Of a stretch of DNA of 64,000 bases, positions 22,397 to 31,918 are shown in pieces (positions within the stretch are counted from its first letter, which is position 1; each line of letters starts with the position of its first letter). The position numbers and the translations under genes are program-made. Under the pieces are notes generated by a model, which was not told the origin of the DNA, searched no databases, and saw only the letters and a program-made list of their open reading frames with translations. Location of the stretch: assembly GCA_963662655.2 (NCBI GenBank), contig CAXXTU010000002.1, positions 1,920,001 through 1,984,000 on the forward strand, read 5' to 3'. Source of the stretch: Candidatus Cloacimonadales bacterium. GTDB lineage: Bacteria; Cloacimonadota; Cloacimonadia; Cloacimonadales; JAIOQZ01.

Positions 22397-23151
22397 AGCG
22401 TACAGCCGGGGTTCTCTGAGGACACCCAGATTTTACCCTGGTGAGCTTCGACGATTTTCCTGCCAATCGCGATGACGATGTCTGCGCTTTCCGGCAAGCC
22501 CGACTCGGGATGAGTTTCCGTAAAATTCCTTTCGTACCTGCAGAATCCCGTATCGCTGTCTTCGCCGTTGTGGTGTATCCAGAACACATCCGCGTCGTAC
22601 TTCTTCTCCCACCCGATTTCAATCGATGGCTCCGGCATCGACGCGACGATCTCGAGCGCACTGCATAGAAGATTTCTCCATAGAATGGTTATCCTGCGGC
22701 GATCGGCCACGGCAAGAGGCATCTCCGGTTCAACGCGTACGGGCACGTTCGTGGCGAACTGCGCTCCCTGGCACTGAGCGATCACGCTGTTGATAACGTC
22801 GATCATCGGGAAGCTTGTCTTCTCGCCTGGGATGTGATTAAAGTTTACGTACTCGAAGATGTTGTCGAAGACCCGCTCGACTCGCCCGAGCTCATCGATT
22901 GCCTGAAGAGCGTCGCTACGGGCCCTCGTATTTTTTCCCTCTACAAGCTCGATTTCCATCATGCAAAGGAGACTCTTTATCGATTGGAGTGGAATCTTGA
23001 GCTCGTGATAGATGTTGAATAGCAGGTGCTCCAGTTCGGCTGGGGCGCTGATCAATGGCGGCGCGATCGCTTCGGAGTAACGGATTGTCCCGGGCATATC
23101 GACTCCAATTTGCATCTTGGGCAGAAGTAAGTCATTATGGCTCTCTTTCAA
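22372..23151 (-). CDS. Histidine-kinase-like protein with degenerate ATP-binding boxes
   Basis: H-box IYHELKIPL is retained. N, G1 and G2 boxes are eroded (NLLCSA, HHNGED, SGLPESAD). Ends IVEAHQGKIWV. Confidence 0.7.
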   Translation of the reverse strand: MKESHNDLLLPKMQIGVDMPGTIRYSEAIAPPLISAPAELEHLLFNIYHELKIPLQSIKSLLCMMEIELVEGKNTRARSDALQAIDELGRVERVFDNIFEYVNFNHIPGEKTSFPMIDVINSVIAQCQGAQFATNVPVRVEPEMPLAVADRRRITILWRNLLCSALEIVASMPEPSIEIGWEKKYDADVFWIHHNGEDSDTGFCRYERNFTETHPESGLPESADIVIAIGRKIVEAHQGKIWVSSENPGCTLYFSLPNR

Positions 23152-23185
23152 ACTTGGTCGAAAAATGAACTCCGCCTCCGATTTG

Positions 23186-23354
23186 TGTCATCCTGAGTGA
23201 TCCCGATATATCGGGATTCTATCGAAGGACGACACCACACCACGATGCTTCGATACGCTGCTTCGCAAAACTGGCATTTGCAAGCAAATGCTACGGCTTC
23301 GCTAAACTGGCATTTGCAAGCAAATGCTACGGCTTCGCGGCACTCAGCATAACA
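23186..23354. repeat. REP/MITE-like palindromic element (family 3) with an internal 36-bp tandem duplication
   Basis: Terminal inverted arms TGTCATCCTGAGTG/CACTCAGCATAACA, palindrome ATCCCGATATATCGGGAT, stem TATCGAAG/CTTCGATA, and tandem units at 23260-23295 and 23296-23331. Confidence 0.8.
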
Positions 23355-23549
23355 GTATGGATGAGTCAGCATCAGACCTTGTGAATAATGCTTCCCACTC
23401 GGCTTGAAAGGGAGCCGCCATTATTCTGTGTCTTAACTTCTCGATAATGCAAATTCGATACCAGACAAAACCCTTTCGCAGAGCGACTTGCAGTTTTGAT
23501 TTTTTTCGATATCGGGAGATGTATTGTTGAAAACGATAATTTTTGATTT

Positions 23550-24872
23550 CTATTCAGATTCTTTCATTTTACGCAAGCGACGATACAACGCCTGGCGAGA
23601 AATCCCCAAAGCCTTCGCGGCCTTGATGGTGTCCCTTCCGAATCTGTCCATGACCATCGAGACATACTCATTGATAACCTGATCGAGCGGCTTGATCGTC
23701 TTGGGAAGGACGCTGGGCTTGGTGAAGCGAAGTCCCGGGAAGTGCTCCACGGATGGCATCTTATTGTTTGCGAGAAGAATCGCGCGTTCGAGCACGTTGT
23801 TGAGCTCCCGGATATTTCCCGGCCAGGAGTAGTTCAAAAGCAGATCCATAACACTTTTATTCAAAGACAGCTCGGGAGCATTCTGGTCAGCGAGAACTTG
23901 CATGATCAGGCCCTCCATGTCTTCCTTCGACTCCCTCAGAGGCAACATGTGAATCGGGAACACGTTGATCCGGTAGAACAGGTCCGAGCGGAAATTCCCC
24001 TTCTCAACCTCGGTTTCCAGGTCTTGATTGGAAGCACAGACAAGCCTGAAATCGCTTGTCCTGGTCTGGGTCTCTCCCATGCGCCTGAAACTCCGGTCTT
24101 CAATAACTTTCAAGAGTTCGGCCTGGATTTGCATATTCATAGAGGTAATTTCGTCCAGAAAGAGGGTTCCGCCGTTTGCGTATTCGATAAGCCCCTGCTT
24201 GTCGGCCACAGCTCCGGTAAATGCTCCTTTGGCGTGGCCGAAGAGCTCGCTTGCCAGATAGGTGTCTCTCAAGTTCGCGCAATTCACGGGCACCATCGGC
24301 TTGGATGCCCTGGGGCTGTTATCGTGAATCCATTTAGCCATAACGCCTTTGCCGGTTCCGGTTTCACCCTGGATTAGTATGATCGTGTCGCTGTGAGCAG
24401 CGATCCGGGCATAATCGAGAATGGATTTCATGACCGGGCGGTGTTCGATGTACTGCTCGATCTTGTCGCGCTTGGTTCTCTGCGTCGCGCGGTCTGCCTG
24501 GCGCAGCCTTCCCACCTCGACCGATTTTTCCAGGAACAATTCCAGTCCGCTCATGTTCACAGGCTTGGCCATGAAGTTGTCCGCGCCTCGACGCATCGCT
24601 TCCACAGCCAGGTTTACGTCGCCGTGAGCGGTAATGAAAATGATCGGCAGGGTGTCGTTACTCGCCCGAATCTCCGTAAGGAAATCGATACCGTCGCCAT
24701 CCGGCAACATCTGGTCGAGGATCATCGCGTTGACCGGGTATTGGAATAGCTTCTCCCGCGCTTCTTCAATGGTTTCAGCGGTGACTACGTCGTATCCGCG
24801 ACTGTTGAGAAATTTCGTGAAACTGAAAATGATACTGGGATCGTCATCTATCATCAAAATTCGCGCTTTCAT
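23550..24872 (-). CDS. Sigma-54-dependent NtrC-family response regulator
   Basis: REC (IDDD, LDQMLPDGDG), GETGTGKG, GAFTGA, LFLDEI, WPGNIREL and a Fis-type HTH. Start set at MKARIL. Confidence 0.95.
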   Translation of the reverse strand: MKARILMIDDDPSIIFSFTKFLNSRGYDVVTAETIEEAREKLFQYPVNAMILDQMLPDGDGIDFLTEIRASNDTLPIIFITAHGDVNLAVEAMRRGADNFMAKPVNMSGLELFLEKSVEVGRLRQADRATQRTKRDKIEQYIEHRPVMKSILDYARIAAHSDTIILIQGETGTGKGVMAKWIHDNSPRASKPMVPVNCANLRDTYLASELFGHAKGAFTGAVADKQGLIEYANGGTLFLDEITSMNMQIQAELLKVIEDRSFRRMGETQTRTSDFRLVCASNQDLETEVEKGNFRSDLFYRINVFPIHMLPLRESKEDMEGLIMQVLADQNAPELSLNKSVMDLLLNYSWPGNIRELNNVLERAILLANNKMPSVEHFPGLRFTKPSVLPKTIKPLDQVINEYVSMVMDRFGRDTIKAAKALGISRQALYRRLRKMKESE

Positions 24873-27214
24873 TGAACATTCCTTTTTACCTGGGGCAGAA
24901 GAATCACCGCCCGGCACCCGGGAGGCGGATCGTTGTTCAACAGCCGGATCGTACCGTCCATTTTCTCGATGATACTTCTAACAATACTCAATCCGAGGCC
25001 GGACCCCTTGCTTCTTCTGGTGAAGAAAGGATCGAATACCCGGGTTATATCCTTGGGATTTATGCCGTGGCCCCGATCGATGATCTCGATAATTATGCAC
25101 TGATCTTCGCCAATCGACACCTTCATGACGATGATTTTTTCGTCTCTGCTGTGCTGAGCAGCGTTATCGAGCAGGTTGATGAGAACTTGCTGCATCCTGC
25201 TGATATCGGCTCGAACAAACGGATCAGCCTCACATGACGAGTGATCGATCTCGACCTCGTAGCCAGGATACTTTTCTGCCTGCTGCCACATTTTTATACT
25301 TGCATAACATAACGTCAAGAGTGAAATCTCTTCAAGATCGGCAATATTGGTAATTTTGCTGAATTCTAACAAATCTCCCATCAATCTCGCCAGACGTTGA
25401 ACCTGCATTCCGATGTGCTCGAGATACTCGGCCATCACCGGGAGATGCCCGAAGTCTGTCTTGAGCATTTCCGATATCGCAACGATCGCATTCAGCGGGT
25501 TCCGCACCTCATGAGCTACGCCGGCGGACAAGCGTTCGATTTCCTCGAACCTCTTCGCGTCCGCGATTTGCCGCTGCATCCTTCGAATATCCGTGACGTC
25601 GGATGCGATCGCGAGGACCGCCGGTTTCCCGTTGAAATAGATTTTCCGGCAATTAACGAGCAATGCCAGCCTTTCCCCCGATATCTTTTCCAGTGTGATT
25701 TCCTGCGCGGGAATTACTCCGGGGTATTCCAGACGGGCGATGATCCTGAGAACTTTCAAGCGGTCTTTGGGAATAATCGCTTTGGTCAGCGCAAAATCAG
25801 ACGAACGCAGTTCATCTCGAGAATACCCGGTCATCTTCTTCCAGACCGCGTTCACGTACTCGATCTTGTGCTTCGAGAATATGAAGATCAGGTTGGGGGA
25901 TTCCTCGGATAAAATTCTGAATTTCTCCTCGGATTCCCGAAGGGCTTCCAGGGATTGTCGTGTCGTGGTGATATCACGCATGAAAATGCCAAGCCGGAGC
26001 TCCGTAGATGTCTTGATCGGGAATACAATGCGCTCGATGATACGTTGCTTTCTATCGGGCAATGTGAGAATGTCCTCCTCCACCATGTTGATGAAATCAG
26101 CCGTTCCGTTTTCCCGGTATCGTTCGATGCGGTTTCGCCAGAGGTTGAGCCTCTGGTGGTGGCGGTGGTTTCCGGACAACTCCTGCTGAATCTCCCAGAA
26201 CGGATGCCCGACAACAATATCCTCGTTCATGCCGGTCATGGCTGTCATCGCGCGGTTCCACGCGATCACGTATCCGCGCGCATCGAGCAGAACGATTCCG
26301 TCATAGCCTTGCTCGAAGATACTTCTGAACCGCTCCTCGCTCTCTTTCACCTCGATCTCGGCGTGGATTCGATCCGTAATCTCTCCGAGAAGACGCTCAT
26401 TGGTTTTAATCAACTCGAGCGTCCGATTCATAACGCGTTTCTCGAGCTGATTTCGAGATGCGACGAGCGCTTGCTCCGTTTGTTTCTGCCTGGTGATATC
26501 CAATGTTATTCCAACGCACGAGACCGTGCTTCCTTGCATGTCCCTGACAAAGTGTAAATTGGACTGGAGCCATGTGAAGCTATTGGGGATAGCGTTGAGC
26601 CTGAACTCGATCTTGAGGCTTGATTTCAGCGACTCCCCGCCTATCTGTTGCCGGATGATTGTTTTCAGTTGTTCCCGATCATCCGGGTGAACAAGCTCAA
26701 TCAGCTCGTCTCCCGACAATTTTGTAATCGACTTACCCGAGAGAAGCAGAAATCGATTGATGGATGGGCTGCAGTAATCGAATTTACTCTCCATAAAATT
26801 GTACCGGAACACAATAAAGCCCTCGAAGTCCATCAACTCATCGAAGAAGTTGATATACTGCTGATTGCTAGGGTTATCGATATGGATGGGGGTAATGTAT
26901 TCGTTGACGACCAACAGACAAGTGTTGTTTTCTCGGTCGCAGCTTGCCGAGATGAGGAGAGTGCGGGAAGAATTTAACTCCGTGGGGCAGGCCAGCTTGA
27001 ACGCCAGGTGCGTCCGGTTTGCGACGATCCCTTCCAACCAGTCATGAAAGGCTTCGTGCTTCCATTCGGGAATCAAGCGATAGACGTTATCGGTTATCTG
27101 CCCGGGTAAGAATAATTTTATGAATAGGTCATTACAGTGGAGGACGCTTCCATCTCTTGCGATGCGAGCGACCCCAATCGGGAAATCATGAATATCTTCC
27201 ATTATGGATTTCAT
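24869..27214 (-). CDS. Multi-PAS sensor histidine kinase
   Basis: Several PAS repeats, GVAHEVRNPL, NLLDNA, DRGHG and GSGLGL. ATGA overlap with the regulator. Start uncertain. Confidence 0.9.
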   Translation of the reverse strand: MKSIMEDIHDFPIGVARIARDGSVLHCNDLFIKLFLPGQITDNVYRLIPEWKHEAFHDWLEGIVANRTHLAFKLACPTELNSSRTLLISASCDRENNTCLLVVNEYITPIHIDNPSNQQYINFFDELMDFEGFIVFRYNFMESKFDYCSPSINRFLLLSGKSITKLSGDELIELVHPDDREQLKTIIRQQIGGESLKSSLKIEFRLNAIPNSFTWLQSNLHFVRDMQGSTVSCVGITLDITRQKQTEQALVASRNQLEKRVMNRTLELIKTNERLLGEITDRIHAEIEVKESEERFRSIFEQGYDGIVLLDARGYVIAWNRAMTAMTGMNEDIVVGHPFWEIQQELSGNHRHHQRLNLWRNRIERYRENGTADFINMVEEDILTLPDRKQRIIERIVFPIKTSTELRLGIFMRDITTTRQSLEALRESEEKFRILSEESPNLIFIFSKHKIEYVNAVWKKMTGYSRDELRSSDFALTKAIIPKDRLKVLRIIARLEYPGVIPAQEITLEKISGERLALLVNCRKIYFNGKPAVLAIASDVTDIRRMQRQIADAKRFEEIERLSAGVAHEVRNPLNAIVAISEMLKTDFGHLPVMAEYLEHIGMQVQRLARLMGDLLEFSKITNIADLEEISLLTLCYASIKMWQQAEKYPGYEVEIDHSSCEADPFVRADISRMQQVLINLLDNAAQHSRDEKIIVMKVSIGEDQCIIIEIIDRGHGINPKDITRVFDPFFTRRSKGSGLGLSIVRSIIEKMDGTIRLLNNDPPPGCRAVILLPQVKRNVQ

Positions 27215-27466
27215 AAACAACGATCCTGGATTAGAAATAGAAAAACCGCTGCGTGTGCAGCGGCATTCTATCAAACAATGGAAACATTTAAGGATAATCC
27301 GCAGGGATTATATCTGTCATATCATGATTTATAAGTAGACAGCCGCGAATGGACTATCGATTATTTCTTTTTATGACGATTCTTCCGAAGCCTTTTTTTC
27401 CTCTTATGTGTATTGATTTTATGCTTCTTCCGTTTTCTTCCGCAAGGCATTCAATCCCCCTGTGTT

Positions 27467-27769
27467 TTATTGTTCTTCTAATAATTCCACGTTCGCGTCG
27501 GCCACATCGTCCTTGAAAGCGCGTGAAAATTTGAAAGTTGGAACAACGCGTTCTGGAACTGGAACCTTGTCTGCGGTTTTCGGATTACGTCCGATTCTCG
27601 GCTTTCTGATTTTTAGCTTGAATGTGCCGAAACCGCGGATTTCGATATGATGTCCTTCTTTCATACTGTCTTTGACGGCATCAAGAAATGTATCCACTAC
27701 GATCGCTACGTCTTTACGAATTATTCCCGTTTCTTGTGAAATGGTTTTCACTAAATCAGCCTTGGTCAT
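27467..27769 (-). CDS. HU/IHF family DNA-binding protein
   Basis: MTKADLV, IEIRGFGTF and GRNPKT motifs. Confidence 0.95.
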   Translation of the reverse strand: MTKADLVKTISQETGIIRKDVAIVVDTFLDAVKDSMKEGHHIEIRGFGTFKLKIRKPRIGRNPKTADKVPVPERVVPTFKFSRAFKDDVADANVELLEEQ

Positions 27770-27946
27770 AATTCCACTCCTTCACTCAGTTTTGAATTTC
27801 TGTTTTCCGAATCCTGAAATCTTTGTCAAGGATTTTGTCTAATCTTTTGAAATAACATAAGATTGCACTCTTTTGTCATCTCTGCGCGAACTCCTCGAAT
27901 CCGCTCAGATAAAGGCACGAGACTATTTCGGAAAACCTCTATTTTT

Positions 27947-28363
27947 TTATGCCTCAGTTTCTTCCGTTTCCACTTCGGGAATCCCGGTTTCAACATCAAC
28001 TTCCGCTTCTTCATCCTCTGGATCAAGCTTAAGTTCCTTGCCCTCGTCTTTCTTCTCGACGCAAACAGACAAGTTCATATTTGCAAGCGCCGGATAGAAA
28101 TCGGCGATATATTCCCGAACCAGTTCTTCAACGTCCGGCTCCCGCTCGATGGTCTCCGCGGTAAGCTTGAGGATTATCGCCAGAGAGCGGAACTGCAAGT
28201 TGATCTGAACGGATGGCTCTTCGCCGATCGTATTCTTCAAAAACAACGGGAGGGACTTGTCCAGCTTGATCGTCTGTTTCAGTCGGGAAAAAAACCTGTA
28301 GAGGCAGTATCCGCCAACGGCAAAGAAGCCTAATACGATAAGATTTCTCAGAAATTTCTTCAA
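27947..28363 (-). CDS. Hypothetical membrane-anchored protein
   Basis: TTG start after GGAGG, N-terminal hydrophobic helix, acidic tail. Confidence 0.7.
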   Translation of the reverse strand: MKKFLRNLIVLGFFAVGGYCLYRFFSRLKQTIKLDKSLPLFLKNTIGEEPSVQINLQFRSLAIILKLTAETIEREPDVEELVREYIADFYPALANMNLSVCVEKKDEGKELKLDPEDEEAEVDVETGIPEVETEETEA

Positions 28364-28393
28364 GGTTCCTCCTTAATAAACAAGCGGTCTATG

Positions 28394-28423
28394 AAAAAAA
28401 ACTGCCCCGGTTTATGAGGCAGT
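28394..28423 (-). terminator. Intrinsic terminator
   Basis: ACTGCC/GGCAGT stem with a T run on the minus strand. Confidence 0.75.
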
Positions 28424-28475
28424 ACTTCTATTATTGACGTATATTACAATTTCGTTCTTCTCGAAAACCCGAAAA

Positions 28476-29207
28476 CTACTTATACAAGGACTTCACTCGG
28501 CCCCAAGAAGTTCCATGCACCTGATGGGACCCCGTGCTGGAGAGGTCGCTTATGTAACGTGGGCAAAGCTGATACTCGCCGTACTGATAGACGATGCTTC
28601 CCTGAACGTACTCGAGGGTGTCGCCTGCGCGGTTCGAGCGTTTCTTGTTGTTCATGACGTTAAAGCCGTCATAGAGGACGCAGCTTCCGGTTCCATCGTT
28701 GATGCTCCACTTGGTCTCCTGGCGCATTCCAACGATATTGACGCTGCGAATCTTCACAAGCGCGCCTTCCAGGGATTCCGTTACTGCAAGTTCGCCGGTG
28801 GTCACTTCAAAGGCTTGCGGCATGCTGCCGCTTCCAGCGCGTCGACGCAGAACATTGATATTCCGCAATTCCGTATTACCGAAATTCTCGTGAACCTCGC
28901 CCTCCACTTCGATGTAATCGCCAACCCGGAGGCTCTTGCGATTGACCTGATCGCGAGCCTGAACAACGACACTGTTCCACGGCCCGCCGTTTTCATCCGA
29001 GAGCATCAGGTAGTTGGAGTTGAAGCCGATCGCGGTGACAACGCCTTCGGTTTGAACGACGATTCCTTCGTAAGGGGAAGGATAGGTTCCTTCAGCGCCC
29101 GGGTTAACGGTGAACTGAATATCATATATCGATACTTTCTCCGCCGCGAAAATCGCGGTCGAAAGAAGCATTGTCGCCAGAACAAATACAAATATGCTTT
29201 TTCTCAT
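28476..29207 (-). CDS. Secreted OB-fold protein (extracellular-nuclease-like OB repeats) with C-terminal SWGRVKSLYK motif
   Basis: Signal peptide, SIYDIQ...SPYEG..V..EGVVTA and VGDYIEVEGEVHENFGNTEL. RBS GGAGG. Confidence 0.8.
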   Translation of the reverse strand: MRKSIFVFVLATMLLSTAIFAAEKVSIYDIQFTVNPGAEGTYPSPYEGIVVQTEGVVTAIGFNSNYLMLSDENGGPWNSVVVQARDQVNRKSLRVGDYIEVEGEVHENFGNTELRNINVLRRRAGSGSMPQAFEVTTGELAVTESLEGALVKIRSVNIVGMRQETKWSINDGTGSCVLYDGFNVMNNKKRSNRAGDTLEYVQGSIVYQYGEYQLCPRYISDLSSTGSHQVHGTSWGRVKSLYK

Positions 29208-29375
29208 ACAACCTCCTTGCACAACAAGGCAGTGTCATTATTTGCAAAATCAAACCGGTGTCAAGTTATAAATCTCTTCAATTCATTGAATTTCGCATTC
29301 GAACATTCCAAAGTTTACCCGATATCTGACTTGCATTTTCCGCTCCAATTCCGCCAGTTTCTGCCCAGGCTTCGC

Positions 29376-30290
29376 TCAATCGGCCCGAACATGTTCGGGC
29401 TTGGCCTTCTTCATGCGAATCCGCTGCGACAATATCCCGCCAACGATCAGCAGAAGCCCGGCGATCGTCGAACGGTGGATAGCCTCTCCCAGCACGATGT
29501 TGATGACGATCAGCGAAATGAACGGCGTGACGTACACAAGGTTCGCGATTCGAGCGGTGTGCTTCGCGATGCTGAGGGCTTTCATCCAAACGATGAAGGT
29601 CAGTCCCATTTCGAACAGCCCGATGTAGACATCGCCCGTGAGGCCTTTCAAGCCGGGCACATCGAGGCTCCCCGTCACGAAAAGGTAGACAAGGATGAAA
29701 ACGGTTCCGAATGCGAAGTTCAGAAAGAGCTTCAGCACCTCGTCACGGTGATCCCTGAGATTGAATATCCAGTACAACGCCCAAAGCAGCGAACTGCCCA
29801 CAGCAAGCAGTACCCCCGTAAGATTTGTGAAGCTCATGCTCGCGAAATTGCCCTTTACAGCGATGACGAACACACCGCTAAAGCTCAAGAGCGCTCCGAG
29901 AATCTCCATGACGGTCGTTTTCTTCCGCAGTAGCGGTATCGAGAGAAGCACCATCACCACACCCCAGGTGTAGTTCAGAACCTGCGCCTCCTGCGCAAGC
30001 AGCAGATCGTACGCCTTGAACAGTACTAGGTAATACGCAAAAGGATTGAGCAAACCCAAAATCGCTGAGCGGAACAGGTCCCCTGCCGATTGCTTTCCGA
30101 GAAGTCGCCACTTTCCCTGGAACGCAAGAACCGCCACCAGAAGCAGCGTGGATGTCAGGGCCGAGTACAGAAGCATCACCGCCGGCTCCTGATATCTCAA
30201 CGATACCTTGAACGCCGTCGAAACCGTCGACCACAGCGCTACCGCCATGAAGCCGTAGACGTAAGCAGCCCGATCCGATGTCTCTCGCAT
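29376..30290 (-). CDS. DMT/EamA family transporter
   Basis: About 10 hydrophobic helices, with a LGEAI..TIAG..LIVGG C-terminus. Start at MRETS after GGAGG. Confidence 0.9.
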   Translation of the reverse strand: MRETSDRAAYVYGFMAVALWSTVSTAFKVSLRYQEPAVMLLYSALTSTLLLVAVLAFQGKWRLLGKQSAGDLFRSAILGLLNPFAYYLVLFKAYDLLLAQEAQVLNYTWGVVMVLLSIPLLRKKTTVMEILGALLSFSGVFVIAVKGNFASMSFTNLTGVLLAVGSSLLWALYWIFNLRDHRDEVLKLFLNFAFGTVFILVYLFVTGSLDVPGLKGLTGDVYIGLFEMGLTFIVWMKALSIAKHTARIANLVYVTPFISLIVINIVLGEAIHRSTIAGLLLIVGGILSQRIRMKKAKPEHVRAD

Positions 30291-30372
30291 CAAACCTCCC
30301 AACATTGAATTACAAAAATCGATCAGCAAAATGGATTTCATTCTGTAAAGGGATTTCTCGTGAAATCATCGA

Positions 30373-30500
30373 AGCGTGAGCAGATTGGTTCGATCCCCGC
30401 CTGTGCAGGGTGTTCCACAGCCTTGCCGCCTTACATTATTCCATTCTCAAGGGTGTGGTATATCCCTGTACAGGCGGGGATCGGGCGAAGATGCCACGCT
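30373..30500 (+). repeat. Structured intergenic repeat, family 1, copy B
   Basis: Same conserved arms and loop as 592-720, but stems are replaced by different, still complementary sequence. Confidence 0.85.
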
Positions 30501-30523
30501 GTACTCGAGCAGCAATAAAAAAA

Positions 30524-31870
30524 GGCACTGTTGCAAACTTAGTGGGTAAGTCGAAAAAAAGATTGAGAGGAATCACCCGATCTCGTACAATCTCCTAATC
30601 ACCACAACAAGGAGATAGAGATGAATGATCCTCTCAGAAAACAAGTCTGTAAAACGTTGTTGGCTTTGCAAGGTTATTCTGCCGACCAGATAATCGAAGG
30701 TACGTATCAAACTTATCCATGCATTGAAGTCCATGTTCGAAAGGAAGATGAGCCACGTTGTCCTACATGCGGTATTGTGGGAACAGTTTATGATCATCGA
30801 GTCCGCAAAATTCTTCATGCATCCATATCCTGTCGTCCCGTAGTACTTGTGCTGACGCTTCGCCGGATCAACTGCGCTCAGTGTGGAGTGAAAACTGAAC
30901 AACAGGATATTGCCGAGGGTCTCAATCGACACTCTAAAGACTTCGGCAATAAGGTTCTCCAGTTCACGCTTCGTTCAGACAATGCTTCTGTAGCACGGAT
31001 ATTCGGTGTGGATCGGAGTACGATTTATCGAATCGACAAAATTGAGTTATCCAAGTTGGAAAAGGGTTATAGAGGACGAGTTCCGAATGTCGATCAGATT
31101 GCAATTGACGAGATTGGTTATAAGCGAAGGCATAAGTATGCAACGGTTATCACAAACCATGAGGACGGGCGTGTGATCGACCTGACAATGGGCAAATCGA
31201 AAGAAAGTGCGAAGGAGTTGTTTCGAAAATACGAACGACGACTCCGCTGGATTGATACCGTAACAATGGATTTCAGTGGTTCATATATCGGCGCTGTTTC
31301 CGAGTGTTGGAGTGCCGATATGATCGTATTTGATCGTTTCCATTTCAGCCGCCTGGTCAACAGGAAAGTGGAAGAAGTACGACGAGAACTTCAGAGAGAT
31401 TTTGAATCTGACAAGTTGCGTCAGAGCAAGAAACACGACCGGTGGTTGGTTTTGACCAGAAAACACAATCACAAAGAAAACCATCAAGCCCGACTCAAGA
31501 AACTGGAGACGCTAAATCATCCCCTTTACGAAGCCTATTTGCTCAAAGAAGATTTACTATCGATTTTCGAAGACGATATTACGCAAGAAGAAGCGAAGCC
31601 GATGATTGAAGAGTGGTGCAGAGTTATTCAGAAAACCGTCTTCGAGCCACTGAAGGCACTTGCAAGAACGATTATGAAGAGATTGCATATTGTGTTGAAC
31701 TGGTTCAAGCATAGAATCACGAATGCCAAGGCAGAAGCGGTTAACAACGTCATTCGAACCATTATAAAGAGAGCGTATGGATACAAGGACTTCTCATACT
31801 TCAGATTGAAGGTTCTGCAATGTTGCGGATATCTGAATACCCATTCACCCACTTAATATGCAACAGTGCC
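30524..31870 (+). mobile_element. ISL3-family insertion sequence
   Basis: 24-bp terminal inverted repeats GGCACTGTTGCAAACTTAGTGGGT / GGCACTGTTGCATATTAAGTGGGT (21/24 identical). 8-bp direct repeat TAAAAAAA at 30516-30523 and 31871-31878. Confidence 0.95.
30621..31856 (+). CDS. ISL3-family transposase
   Basis: Zn finger CPTCG...CAQC, IAIDE, VTMD, DRFH and TNAKAEAVN...KRAYGYK motifs. Confidence 0.95.
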   Translation: MNDPLRKQVCKTLLALQGYSADQIIEGTYQTYPCIEVHVRKEDEPRCPTCGIVGTVYDHRVRKILHASISCRPVVLVLTLRRINCAQCGVKTEQQDIAEGLNRHSKDFGNKVLQFTLRSDNASVARIFGVDRSTIYRIDKIELSKLEKGYRGRVPNVDQIAIDEIGYKRRHKYATVITNHEDGRVIDLTMGKSKESAKELFRKYERRLRWIDTVTMDFSGSYIGAVSECWSADMIVFDRFHFSRLVNRKVEEVRRELQRDFESDKLRQSKKHDRWLVLTRKHNHKENHQARLKKLETLNHPLYEAYLLKEDLLSIFEDDITQEEAKPMIEEWCRVIQKTVFEPLKALARTIMKRLHIVLNWFKHRITNAKAEAVNNVIRTIIKRAYGYKDFSYFRLKVLQCCGYLNTHSPT

Positions 31871-31871
31871 T

Positions 31872-31902
31872 AAAAAAAGGGACGGCACGGAGCCATCCCT
31901 TT
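31872..31902 (-). terminator. Intrinsic terminator of the adhesin-like gene (IS target site)
   Basis: GGGATGGC/GCCGTCCC stem and T run on the minus strand. Confidence 0.85.
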
Positions 31903-31918
31903 CAAAATGCAGATTAAG

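Noticed and set aside
23260..23338. 36-bp palindromic repeats of CRISPR-like length
   Set aside because: The units are directly tandem with no spacer.
23148..23372. 74-aa Cys-rich ORF with repeated EAVAFACKCQF
   Set aside because: It is only the translation of the palindromic DNA repeat.
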